From positions 8,896-72,895 of the forward strand of contig JASLOA010000017.1 in NCBI GenBank assembly GCA_030745755.1: 64,000 nucleotides of DNA, written 5' to 3'. The notes below the pieces were generated by a model, which was not told the DNA's origin, ran no database searches, and saw only the letters and a program-made list of their open reading frames with translations. A program made the translations under genes and the position numbers. This stretch comes from Kiritimatiellia bacterium (GTDB lineage: Bacteria > Verrucomicrobiota > Kiritimatiellia > UBA8416 > JABMPJ01). Within the stretch, counting starts at the first letter, position 1, and each line of letters opens with the position of its first letter. Shown here in pieces: positions 48,460-57,507 of this stretch.

Positions 48460-49742
48460 CCCACCGAGCGGAGAGACGCCACTACCTCTGCGCAGGCGCT
48501 CACAAACGCCTCAATATCCGCCGTGGTATGCGCGGCTGAAACAAACCCGACCTCAAACTGCGAGGGTGGCAGATAGAAGCCGCAATCCAACATGCCATGG
48601 AAGAACGCGGCATGAGCATCCGTGTTACAGCACTTAGCCGAGGCCAGGTTCGTGACGGGGCCGATCCCAAAGAACGGGGTGAACATGCCCCCCAGGTGAG
48701 GACAGTGCATCGTGCAACCGTTCTCCGTCGCCGCCTGGTTAACGCCGGACGAGATTGTCTCGCCGTGTGCATCCAGAACGGGGTATGGATTTTCCTCCAC
48801 CAGCAAGTCAAGGGTAGCCCGCCCCGCTGCCACGGCAACGGGGTTGCCGCTCAATGTTCCGGCCTGGTAGACCGGTCCCAGCGGCGCCAGGGATTTCATA
48901 ACCTCTGCCCTGCCCCCTACGGCCCCAATGGGCATCCCCCCCCCGATGATCTTTCCCAGACAGGTCAGATCAGGCGTGACCCCGCAGAGCGATCCATAGG
49001 TTGAGGCTGCCAGCCGGAAGCCATTGATCACCTCGTCGAAGATCAGCAGGGCATTGCAGCTATCGGCGGCCGCGCGCAGTCCTTCGAGGAAACCGTGCGC
49101 GGGTGGAACCAGACCCATGTTGCCGGCGACGGGTTCGACGATGATCGCGGCGATCTCATCGCCCTGCTCGGCAACAATCTGCTGCACAGCCTCCAGGTCG
49201 TTGTACTCGGGTACCAGCACCTCGGCCACCGCTGCCGGCGACACGCCTGCAGATGCCGTGATGCCGCCCGTAAGCAGACCGCTTCCGGCTGCCACGAGCA
49301 GGTAATCGGCGTGACCATGATAGCAGCCGTTGAACTTGATGATCTTCTGGCGCCCGGTGAAACCGCGCGCAATTCGCAGGGCAGTCATCGTGGCCTCGGT
49401 GCCGGAGCTGACCAGGCGAACCATGTCCATGGAGGGGATGAGCCCGCAGAGCTGCTCAGCGAACTCCACCTCGCCCTTCGTATTGATGCCAAAGCTGCTG
49501 CCCTTCTGTGCGGCATCACAAACGGCCTGCACGATCTCCGGGCGGGCGTGCCCCAGAATCAGCGGTCCCCATGAACCGCAGAAGTCAACCAGCTCACGAC
49601 CTTCAACCGTCCAGATGCGCGTGCCCTCGCCCTTTTCGACATAGACAGGGACGCCGCCAACCGAGGTGAACGCGCGGACGGGACTGTTGACACCACCGGG
49701 CACGACCTTGCAGGCCCGTTCGAACAGTTCTTGTGATTTCAT
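48456..49742 (-). CDS. hemL: Glutamate-1-semialdehyde 2,1-aminomutase
   Basis: PGGVNSPVRAF, SWGPLILGHA, SGTEATM, FNGCYHGH, LGKIIGGG, YQAGTLSGNP. Confidence 0.97.
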   Translation of the reverse strand: MKSQELFERACKVVPGGVNSPVRAFTSVGGVPVYVEKGEGTRIWTVEGRELVDFCGSWGPLILGHARPEIVQAVCDAAQKGSSFGINTKGEVEFAEQLCGLIPSMDMVRLVSSGTEATMTALRIARGFTGRQKIIKFNGCYHGHADYLLVAAGSGLLTGGITASAGVSPAAVAEVLVPEYNDLEAVQQIVAEQGDEIAAIIVEPVAGNMGLVPPAHGFLEGLRAAADSCNALLIFDEVINGFRLAASTYGSLCGVTPDLTCLGKIIGGGMPIGAVGGRAEVMKSLAPLGPVYQAGTLSGNPVAVAAGRATLDLLVEENPYPVLDAHGETISSGVNQAATENGCTMHCPHLGGMFTPFFGIGPVTNLASAKCCNTDAHAAFFHGMLDCGFYLPPSQFEVGFVSAAHTTADIEAFVSACAEVVASLRSVG

Positions 49743-49773
49743 ACTCATCCTTGATCTTGAAAGGCGCAGTGCA

Positions 49774-50766
49774 TCAGTCGGACTGGCCGAAGAACTCATC
49801 ATACTGATTGGCCCAGTAGGAGATGATCAGATCGGTTCCCGCGCGCACAAGCGCCATCGTGGATTCACGCACCATACCGCGCAAATCACCCCACCCGCGT
49901 TCGGCCGTCGCGATCAACATCGCATACTCCCCGCTGACATTATAGACCGCCAGCGGCAGGTCCGTCCCGTCGCGCAGGCTGGCAATGACATCAAGATAGA
50001 AGAGGGAAGGCTTCGCCATGAGGATATCGGCGCCCTCGTCCTCGTCCATGTCCGACTCGCGCAGCGCCTGCCGCAGGTCCGCATAGCTGGCCTGGTAGCC
50101 ACAGCGATCTCCCGATTGCGGCGACGATTGCTCGGCCTCGCGGAACGGGCCGTACATGGCGGACGCGAACTTGGTGGAGTAGCTCATCAGGAGCGTCTCA
50201 TCAAGGCCCGCTGCCGTGAGCGCCGCGCGAATGGCCTGTACCTGGCCGTCCATCATCGCGCTGGGGGCCACGCAGTCCGCCCCCGCTGCCGCATGGGAGA
50301 CGGCCACCTTGGCCAAGAGATCGTTGGCGGCATCGTTATCGACATCGCCGCCGGCCGCAAGCGGGCCGCAGTGCCCGTGGCTCGTGTAGGCACAGAGACA
50401 GACATCCGTGAAGATCACGAGGTCGGGGTACGCCTTCCGGACGGCACGCACGGCGTTCTGCACCACACCATTCTCATCATGGGCACGGCTGCCCGATTCG
50501 TCCTTTAGCGCATCCTCGACGAGTCCAAAGATAAGAATGCCTCCTATGCCGCTTTCAACAACGGGCTTAAGCTCGGCTATGAGCGTGTCAACGCTCAAGC
50601 GGTACTGATTGGGCATGGATTCGATCGCCTGCCGCTGGTTCGTCCCTTCCACGACGAACACGGGCCAGATAAATTTCTGCGGCCCCGGCATGGGCGTGTC
50701 AAACAGTCGCCGGATCGAGGGCGTCCGCCGTAGGCGCCGCAGTCGCACGTCAGGAAAAGTACTCAT
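49774..50766 (-). CDS. hemB: Delta-aminolevulinic acid dehydratase (porphobilinogen synthase)
   Basis: RLRRLR, DVCLCAYTSHGHCG (Zn site), APSAMMDG, YSTKFAS..YGPFR, AVYNVSGEY. Confidence 0.96.
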   Translation of the reverse strand: MSTFPDVRLRRLRRTPSIRRLFDTPMPGPQKFIWPVFVVEGTNQRQAIESMPNQYRLSVDTLIAELKPVVESGIGGILIFGLVEDALKDESGSRAHDENGVVQNAVRAVRKAYPDLVIFTDVCLCAYTSHGHCGPLAAGGDVDNDAANDLLAKVAVSHAAAGADCVAPSAMMDGQVQAIRAALTAAGLDETLLMSYSTKFASAMYGPFREAEQSSPQSGDRCGYQASYADLRQALRESDMDEDEGADILMAKPSLFYLDVIASLRDGTDLPLAVYNVSGEYAMLIATAERGWGDLRGMVRESTMALVRAGTDLIISYWANQYDEFFGQSD

Positions 50767-52898
50767 AACTGGATCTCCTTGTTTGCTGTCAAACACGTCC
50801 TCACGTACGTTGTCGCGAGGGCTGTCAGGGTCGATTCCACAGTCGCCTCCGGACCCACCAGGTCGACCGCAACCTTGCGCGCCTCGAGGGCAGCCAGGGT
50901 CGGCCGGCCGATCGCTGTAACGGTTTTGCCATCAAGCAACGCGCTGCCCCACAGGTCGTCAAACGCTTCAACCGCTGAGGCGCTGGCAAAGAAAACGGCA
51001 TCAAAGTCGGGGCACTGCTCATAGGCCACCGGTTCATTGCTGTATATCACACAGTCGTCCACCGTGGCACCGGCGTTGCGCCAGCGCTCAGCAAGGTCCG
51101 GGCCGGCCTTGTCCGAGCGCAGCCGCAGAATCTTCAGACCCGGCGCGATCAGCTCCTTGACGGTGTCGGCCAGACCTTCCGCTCCAAAATCTGACGCCGG
51201 CTCGATATCAGCATTCAGGCCCAGCTCCCGAACCGCCATCGTGGTGCCGCCACCGCAGGTCACCAACTTCGGAACGCTGCGCAGGTCGACCTGTGCGCGC
51301 CGCAACAGGTCGCCGAAGCAGCGTACGGCCGATGGCGAGGTGAGCACCACCCAGTCATAGTCCGCCACGCCCTTAATGCACCGCACGCCGTCTGCAGTCG
51401 GCTCCAGGCGGATCAGGGGACGTGCCACGGCCACGCCGCCACAGTCGGTCACCAGCCTGGCTGCGCTATCCTGCAAGGCCTGGCTGCAGGTCAGCAGAAT
51501 GCGCCGCCCCTGCATAGCGCCCCACTCGGTGTGGTAGCGATAACGGGTGACCTCACCGACAACAAAGAGACCGGGCATGCCGCCGCCCTCGGCTTTCGCC
51601 TTCGCGCCAATGTCGGCCAGCGTGCCGGACACCACTCGCGCCTGGTCGCTACCGGCATTGAAGACAATGGCGGCCGGCGTCTCTGCCCGGACGCCGTCGT
51701 CGATCAGCTCCCTGGCCACCTGGTCGCTCACCGAAACGGCCATGTAGAACACGATGGGCAATGCCGCCCGCTCCTTTGAATCGATCGACCCGACCCCTCC
51801 CCCCGCCATACGCGGGGTCATGGTGCAGAATCCGCGTGACAGTCCGCGCCGCGTAAGCAGCATGCCGGTGCCGGTGGTGGCGGCCGTGAGACTGCTGACG
51901 CCTGGCAGCGTGCGGTAAGGCAGGTGGAGGGCGTCGAGGGTCTCCACTTCCTCAGCCAACCGACCGAAGACACCGGGGTCGCCGCCTTTAAGGCGCACTG
52001 TGCGCAGCCCCCGTCGTGCATACCGGGCGACTAATGCTGTGATTTCCGGCTGGGGCAGGCTGTGTCTTCCCGCCCGTTTACCAACGTGGATGCGTTCAAC
52101 GCTGGCCAGGATATGGTCGAGCAGGTCAGGTCCCATGAGGGCGTCATGCAGACAGACATCGCACTCGCGCAGTGCCTTGAGGACGTCGAGCGTGCAGGTT
52201 CCGCCCGAGCCTATGCCTCCGGCAGCAAACGTGACGGCCTTACAGAAGCAGGAGCGTATGCGGAGGAAGCGCTCATCACCGGCTCGAAAGGTCACCGCCA
52301 GAAAGCCCTGGCCATCGGGAGGCGGCAGATCGTCCAACGTGATCCAGCTCGCGATCCGGTCCGTGAGGTCGAGTCGAACCAGGGCCGCCGCGGCCATGAT
52401 GACCATGTCGAAATCACCGCTGTCCAGTTGCTGCAGGCGCTCCTCAATGTTCCCGCGGATAGTGCAGAGCTGAGCGTCCGGGAAATGCGCGTGACAGTAA
52501 GCTTCGCGCCTATCGCTGCTCACGCCGATCCTCGCATCAGGCGGGAGATCCTCCAAGGCGCGTCCCGGCGCCAGGATGATGGCATCGCGCGGGTCCGCCC
52601 GCCAGGGCAGCCAGAACCAGTCGAGTCCTTCGGACACGGGGTCGGGCAGATCCTTCGCGCTGTGCACGGCACAGTCGAGCGTTCCGTCCAGTACCTGCCT
52701 GTCCAGGTCCTGTGTAAAGAAGTCGCCCGGCGTCTCTCGCAGGTCGGTCTGCAGGTCACGGTCGCCCGGGGATGAAAGAGCCACGTCCCCAAAGGTACAC
52801 TCGGCGAACATGGCCTCAAGCCGGTCAAGCGCGTTGCGGGTCTGCACCCGGGCCAGCTTGCTGCTGCGCGTCCCTGCTTTGAAATTCAGATTCGCCAT
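50763..52898 (-). CDS. Fused hydroxymethylbilane synthase (domains 1-2) / uroporphyrinogen-III C-methyltransferase / uroporphyrinogen-III synthase (HemC-CobA-HemD)
   Basis: HemC: GTRSSKLA, AVHSAKDLP, IRGNI..RL, GQG; CobA: VGKRAG, RLKGGDP..FGR, PGVSS; HemD: ILLT, WVVLTSP..V..F, FASASAV, IGRPT. Confidence 0.88.
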   Translation of the reverse strand: MANLNFKAGTRSSKLARVQTRNALDRLEAMFAECTFGDVALSSPGDRDLQTDLRETPGDFFTQDLDRQVLDGTLDCAVHSAKDLPDPVSEGLDWFWLPWRADPRDAIILAPGRALEDLPPDARIGVSSDRREAYCHAHFPDAQLCTIRGNIEERLQQLDSGDFDMVIMAAAALVRLDLTDRIASWITLDDLPPPDGQGFLAVTFRAGDERFLRIRSCFCKAVTFAAGGIGSGGTCTLDVLKALRECDVCLHDALMGPDLLDHILASVERIHVGKRAGRHSLPQPEITALVARYARRGLRTVRLKGGDPGVFGRLAEEVETLDALHLPYRTLPGVSSLTAATTGTGMLLTRRGLSRGFCTMTPRMAGGGVGSIDSKERAALPIVFYMAVSVSDQVARELIDDGVRAETPAAIVFNAGSDQARVVSGTLADIGAKAKAEGGGMPGLFVVGEVTRYRYHTEWGAMQGRRILLTCSQALQDSAARLVTDCGGVAVARPLIRLEPTADGVRCIKGVADYDWVVLTSPSAVRCFGDLLRRAQVDLRSVPKLVTCGGGTTMAVRELGLNADIEPASDFGAEGLADTVKELIAPGLKILRLRSDKAGPDLAERWRNAGATVDDCVIYSNEPVAYEQCPDFDAVFFASASAVEAFDDLWGSALLDGKTVTAIGRPTLAALEARKVAVDLVGPEATVESTLTALATTYVRTCLTANKEIQL

Positions 52899-52911
52899 GT
52901 CATCCCCTTGA

Positions 52912-53406
52912 TCAGACGGCTTCTTCGTCCGCGATAGTATCCAGGAGTTGTGCGATCCTGTCTTTGACCACGCGCGCAATCCGGCAGGACCGCCCGCCCG
53001 TCGCCACGCTGACCACAAGTCCCCGCTTCCGGCATATGGCCGGCATGACCAGGTCGCCATCGGGCCAGTTGCTGTCGGCCGCACTGCACAGCACTCCGGC
53101 CGCGCGGGCACACGCAATGACCTGCTGGTTCACCTCGACGTTATCGGTCACCGCGAAGACCAGTCGCTGCCCGTCCGCGTCTCCCGCTTCAAATTCGCGC
53201 GGCACATGCTGGATGCGCTCCTCGGTTACCGCGTCCGCCAGCTCGGGGATCAGCTCCGGGCTGACCACTGTAACGCCCGCCCCGGCATCGAGTAGGTGTC
53301 CTACTTTGCGCGCCGCAATCTTCCCCCCGCCGACCACCAGGCAGGGCAATCCCGCCACCAGGAGGCTGGCCGGCAGAATCGGAAGTCCTTCACTCTCTTT
53401 GCGCAT
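52912..53406 (-). CDS. Precorrin-2 dehydrogenase (SirC / CysG N-terminal-like)
   Basis: LVVGGGKIAARKV, VVSPE, FAVTDNVEVN, VSVATGG. Confidence 0.85.
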   Translation of the reverse strand: MRKESEGLPILPASLLVAGLPCLVVGGGKIAARKVGHLLDAGAGVTVVSPELIPELADAVTEERIQHVPREFEAGDADGQRLVFAVTDNVEVNQQVIACARAAGVLCSAADSNWPDGDLVMPAICRKRGLVVSVATGGRSCRIARVVKDRIAQLLDTIADEEAV

Positions 53407-53418
53407 CAGGTCCCCATC

Positions 53419-54222
53419 TCACCGTTCGGTGTCTTCGTATTTACTCAGCATGTCATCCACCTGGTCGAGCCAGAGATCTATCACGGCGTCGTACTCGGCC
53501 AGGCCCTTCAGGATCGGCTCACAGTGGATGCCGGCCTCCTCCAGCGCGTGTTTCCACGAGCCTTCCGCATCGCCGCAGATATCGCCGCGCGCCGAGAAGC
53601 CGGCGGCAATCATAAGCGGCGCCAACTGCGCATGCCGCACACCGGCCTGTACGCAACGTGCTACTACGTCGTCGCGATTGGGCCGGGAAATCATGCTACC
53701 AACAAACACCTCCCTGTCAAGATGGCGACAGAAAGCACTGGCCGCATCGATGACCGCATCCGTCCCGGCTGAGCGGCTGCCGTGGGCAACCAGGACCAGC
53801 GCGGCGGAGGGATCCTGCGGAGACGGAAGCGCACCGATAAGTGTTTCGATCAGGCGTCTCATATCGGCTTGTGACTCAAGCAGGGGCCGAGTCAGATCAG
53901 CCTGCTGCAGAGCACGGGAACCCGATTGAACCTGTGCGACTGACTCCTGGAGCTCTCTGTATTCCTTCCCTGCCACCATGTGGAGGGGTTTGACCACAAC
54001 ATGCGTGGCGCCGGCCTTCCGCAGACGGGCGAGAGCTTCCTCGGGCGTATCGATACGCATGCCCTTCTGCCGCAACTTCTTGTGGACCCCCGTTGAGCTA
54101 TAGGCCAGGGCATGGGGCGTTGCGCTGAAGCGCTCGTCGATGCGGGTCATCAGCCGCTCCAGAACGGGGGCCGCCTGCCTGCAGGTTGTCCCGGGAACCA
54201 CGAGCAGAATCGCTTTCTTCAT
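53419..54222 (-). CDS. cbiK: CbiK-family class II chelatase, degenerate metal site
   Basis: KKAILLV..GT, PEEAL, PLHMVAGKEY, LVAHGS, PLMIAAG, SWK..LE.AG, GLAEY. Confidence 0.8.
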   Translation of the reverse strand: MKKAILLVVPGTTCRQAAPVLERLMTRIDERFSATPHALAYSSTGVHKKLRQKGMRIDTPEEALARLRKAGATHVVVKPLHMVAGKEYRELQESVAQVQSGSRALQQADLTRPLLESQADMRRLIETLIGALPSPQDPSAALVLVAHGSRSAGTDAVIDAASAFCRHLDREVFVGSMISRPNRDDVVARCVQAGVRHAQLAPLMIAAGFSARGDICGDAEGSWKHALEEAGIHCEPILKGLAEYDAVIDLWLDQVDDMLSKYEDTER

Positions 54223-55244
54223 GACGCGGCGGTCCCGGCAGGGGAATCGTTCTCGCAGAAGAAAACGGGGCTCGTCTTCTTGAACTCGCGTTTCGAAATA
54301 AGGACACGCCCCTCCGTGAGTCCGGCGTCCTTGGAGATTCGCTCAAAGATCTCCTGCGTGATTTCGCGTTGGCGGGCATGGACCATGGCAAACAGGTTAT
54401 AGTGGAAATCGCCCACGGGCGGACGTTCGTAGCAGTGGGTCACTTCCGGGCAACGGGCCAGGCAGCGGCCGGCCTCGTCGATTGTGGCCGGGTCGGCGCG
54501 CCAGATGCACATGCCGTTGGCAGTGAATCCCGCATTGCGATGCCTCAGAATAACGCCCACTCGTCGCAGAATGCCATCCTCTTTCCAGCGCCTGAGGCGG
54601 ACGAGCAGTTCGGTCGTATCCCAATCCAGTTCCTGCGCCACGGCCACAAAGGGCTCGAGGGTGAGCGGCAGGTTGCCCTGCATCCTTCTGATCAGCGCCT
54701 TTTCGTGCGGGGAGAGATCCGGCGGATCGAGCGCGGCGCCCGATTCGGGGGGACGGTCATGGTGCGCGGCCGTGTCACCGGCCGTACCTGCGTCGAGTAC
54801 GACCTGCACCTTGAAGCGCTTGATGGCAGGCAGATTGAGAAGGGCGTAGGGGGCTAACGCGGCAGCCATCGTATCGAGTTCAGACTGGAGCCTGTCGGCC
54901 GGGGCGGTCATGGTGAACCACAGGTTGGGGTTGCCTTCGCGCTCGTAGCAGTGTGTGACCCCGGTATGCGGCGCGAACAGTTCGGCCACGCGCTCGAGCT
55001 CGCTCTCGGGAACGTCAACCGCACAGAGCGTGCTGCCGTAGCCCAGGTGGCGCGAGTCGAACACGGCGCCGAAGCGGCGGGCGATGTTGCTCTCAAACAG
55101 GGACTTGAGTGCCTGAAGCACGTCGGGGCCCGTAAGCCCCAGGTCGCGTCCCAGGTCCGCGAAAGGAGTGGCTGTCAGCGGGACACCCCGCTGCAAGACA
55201 ACGCGCAAGCGGGTGGCGGGGTCATGGGGTCGGACAGAGGTCAT
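54219..55244 (-). CDS. ahbAB: Siroheme decarboxylase, fused AhbA-AhbB
   Basis: Two Lrp/AsnC-like halves: RRFGAVFD..VTHCYER..NLWFT and LRRVG.ILRH..GF.AN..VTHCYER..YNLFAMVH. Confidence 0.88.
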   Translation of the reverse strand: MTSVRPHDPATRLRVVLQRGVPLTATPFADLGRDLGLTGPDVLQALKSLFESNIARRFGAVFDSRHLGYGSTLCAVDVPESELERVAELFAPHTGVTHCYEREGNPNLWFTMTAPADRLQSELDTMAAALAPYALLNLPAIKRFKVQVVLDAGTAGDTAAHHDRPPESGAALDPPDLSPHEKALIRRMQGNLPLTLEPFVAVAQELDWDTTELLVRLRRWKEDGILRRVGVILRHRNAGFTANGMCIWRADPATIDEAGRCLARCPEVTHCYERPPVGDFHYNLFAMVHARQREITQEIFERISKDAGLTEGRVLISKREFKKTSPVFFCENDSPAGTAAS

Positions 55245-55258
55245 CGTATCAGGCTCCT

Positions 55259-56326
55259 TCACTGGGCTGTCGCCAGGGCGGGGGGGACGTAGAGACAGTC
55301 GGGATCCTCGTTGAGGAAGTCCGTCGTATCGGCGAAGGCACGGGCGCGACAGCCGGCGCAGAGCTTGCGGTACCCGCATGCCCCACACTTACCCTTCAGT
55401 TCCGCAGGATTGCGCAGGGCCTTGAATTCGGGGGAGCCCTCCCAGATCTCACCGAAGGGCGTCTCCCTGACATTGCCGACCTGGACGGGCAGGTAGCCGC
55501 ACGGCTGGACGTCGCCCGTGCGCGAGATAAAGCACACGGCTGATCCGGCCAGGCAGCCGCGTGTCATGGCATGCATGCCGTGAGCGCTGCCGCCGACCTC
55601 AATGCCCCGTTCGCGCGACACCTCGTGCATGATGCGGTAGTACTGTGGCGCGCAGGTTGCCTTGATATGTACCTTCCCGCGCAGCTCCAGCGACTTGTCG
55701 AAGAGCCAGCGCAGGACCGTATCCATCTCATCCGACGACAGGCGGACATCCTCGCTGATCTCGGCGCCGCAACCGACCGGCACCAGCACGAAGACATGAA
55801 ACGCATCCGCCCCATGCGCAAGCGCCAGCTCCAGAATGGCTTCGATCTCGTGCAGGTTATGGCGCGCAATCGTGACGTTAACCTGTGCAGGAAGCCCCGC
55901 CCGGCGCATCGCGTCTAGTCCTGCGAGGGCATCATCGAAACTGCCCGGCAGACCACGGAAGGCGTCATGTGTCTCGGGACAGGCGCCGTCCAGGCTGACA
56001 CTGGCCTTCTTGATACCGCTGGCCACGATACGGGCGGCAATCGCGTCATCCACGAGGGTCCCGTTGGTCGCCAACGCCACACGCGAGAACATCTCTGAAC
56101 AGGCCGAGGCGATGTCGTAGATGTCTTCCCGCACCAGCGGTTCACCACCGGTCAGGATCATGATCGGATCGGCGCAGTCCCGGATGTCGCGTGCCACGGC
56201 CAGGATCTCCTCGGTCGTAAGCTCGCCTTCTACAAAATGGTCCTGGGCCTCTGCGCGACAGTGCTTGCACGTCAGGTTGCAGCGCGCCGTGAGTTCCCAG
56301 AAAACTAGACGGAGTGCATCCTTCAT
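55259..56326 (-). CDS. ahbD: Radical SAM/SPASM heme synthase AhbD
   Basis: WELTARCNLTCKHCRAEA, TGGEPL, KATCAPQYYR, GCLAG, CGGCRARA-like SPASM cysteines. Confidence 0.85.
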   Translation of the reverse strand: MKDALRLVFWELTARCNLTCKHCRAEAQDHFVEGELTTEEILAVARDIRDCADPIMILTGGEPLVREDIYDIASACSEMFSRVALATNGTLVDDAIAARIVASGIKKASVSLDGACPETHDAFRGLPGSFDDALAGLDAMRRAGLPAQVNVTIARHNLHEIEAILELALAHGADAFHVFVLVPVGCGAEISEDVRLSSDEMDTVLRWLFDKSLELRGKVHIKATCAPQYYRIMHEVSRERGIEVGGSAHGMHAMTRGCLAGSAVCFISRTGDVQPCGYLPVQVGNVRETPFGEIWEGSPEFKALRNPAELKGKCGACGYRKLCAGCRARAFADTTDFLNEDPDCLYVPPALATAQ

Positions 56327-57507
56327 AGTCCAATTTCCTCATCAGTCAGGTAGCAGTCCGGTTCCTCCGCCCACACATCGCCGCTGACAGCTTCGGCCCG
56401 TACCCGGAAGTTGCCGTTGCAGATGTCGAGCCACTTGCAGCTCGCGCAGCGCCCCTTAATGTACTCCTTGCGGGTCCGCAGTTTCCCCATCAGGTCGTCG
56501 GATGTATCCGTCCAGATCTCGCCGAAGGGGCGCTCCTTAACATTCCCGAATGAGTAATGGCGCCAGAACTGGTCGGGGTGAACCGATCCGTCCCAGCTCA
56601 CGCACCCGATGCCCGTGCCGCTGCTGTTGCCCCCGTTCATCTTGAGCAGGTTCAGAACGCTCTCAGCCTTTTCCGGGTCCTCACGCAGGAGACGCAGGTA
56701 GAGGTAGGGCCCGTCGGTGTGGTTATCCACGGTCAGCACTTCAACCGGATTGCCCCCCTCGTGCATCGCCTTGGTACGGTCCATGATCATATCCACTGTC
56801 GCGCGTGTCTCCTCATGACTCATACGGGCGTTCGTGATCAGCTTGCTGCCCCGGCCTGTGTAGACCAGGTGATAGAAGCATACGCGTGGAATGCCTTCGC
56901 GCTCGACCAGGTCAAGAATACCAGCCACATCGCCGTAATTGCTGCGTGTCATGGTGAAACGCAGGCCTACTTTGACACCACGCGCGAGACAATTTCGCAC
57001 CCCTTCAAGGGCCAACTTGAACGCGCCCTCGACGCCGCGGAACTTGTCGTTGGTCGCTTCCAGTCCGTCCAGGCTTATGCCGACGTAGGAGAGCCCGGCG
57101 TCCTGCAGGCGCGCGGCCATGTCGGGCGTGATCAGAGTTCCGTTGGTCGACACCACGGCACGCATGTTCTTCTGAGCCGCCCGCTCGATCAGCTCGAATA
57201 TATCGGGCCGCATGAGCGGCTCACCGCCTGAAAACAGCACAACCGGTGCGCCGAAATCGGCGAGATCGTCGATCAGTCCGAGTCCCTCTTCATGCGTCAG
57301 TTCGCCGCTGTAATCGATGTTACGCGACTGCGAGTAGCAGTGTACGCAGCGCAGGTTACAGCGTCGCCCGACGTTCCAGACCACCACAGGCTTCTTGTCT
57401 TCCGAGAACTGCAGAAGGTGTGAAGGCAGATCCCTGGACTTGCGTCCATAGCGGAGAGGATCTGACTGCTCAACGGTGCCGCAGTAGAGTTTGGATATTC
57501 CGATCAT
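56323..57507 (-). CDS. ahbC: Radical SAM 12,18-didecarboxysiroheme deacetylase AhbC
   Basis: MIGISKLYCG, KKPVVVWN..RCNLRCVHCY, CFYHLVY.GRG, TVDNH.DG, PDQFW. Confidence 0.9.
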   Translation of the reverse strand: MIGISKLYCGTVEQSDPLRYGRKSRDLPSHLLQFSEDKKPVVVWNVGRRCNLRCVHCYSQSRNIDYSGELTHEEGLGLIDDLADFGAPVVLFSGGEPLMRPDIFELIERAAQKNMRAVVSTNGTLITPDMAARLQDAGLSYVGISLDGLEATNDKFRGVEGAFKLALEGVRNCLARGVKVGLRFTMTRSNYGDVAGILDLVEREGIPRVCFYHLVYTGRGSKLITNARMSHEETRATVDMIMDRTKAMHEGGNPVEVLTVDNHTDGPYLYLRLLREDPEKAESVLNLLKMNGGNSSGTGIGCVSWDGSVHPDQFWRHYSFGNVKERPFGEIWTDTSDDLMGKLRTRKEYIKGRCASCKWLDICNGNFRVRAEAVSGDVWAEEPDCYLTDEEIGL

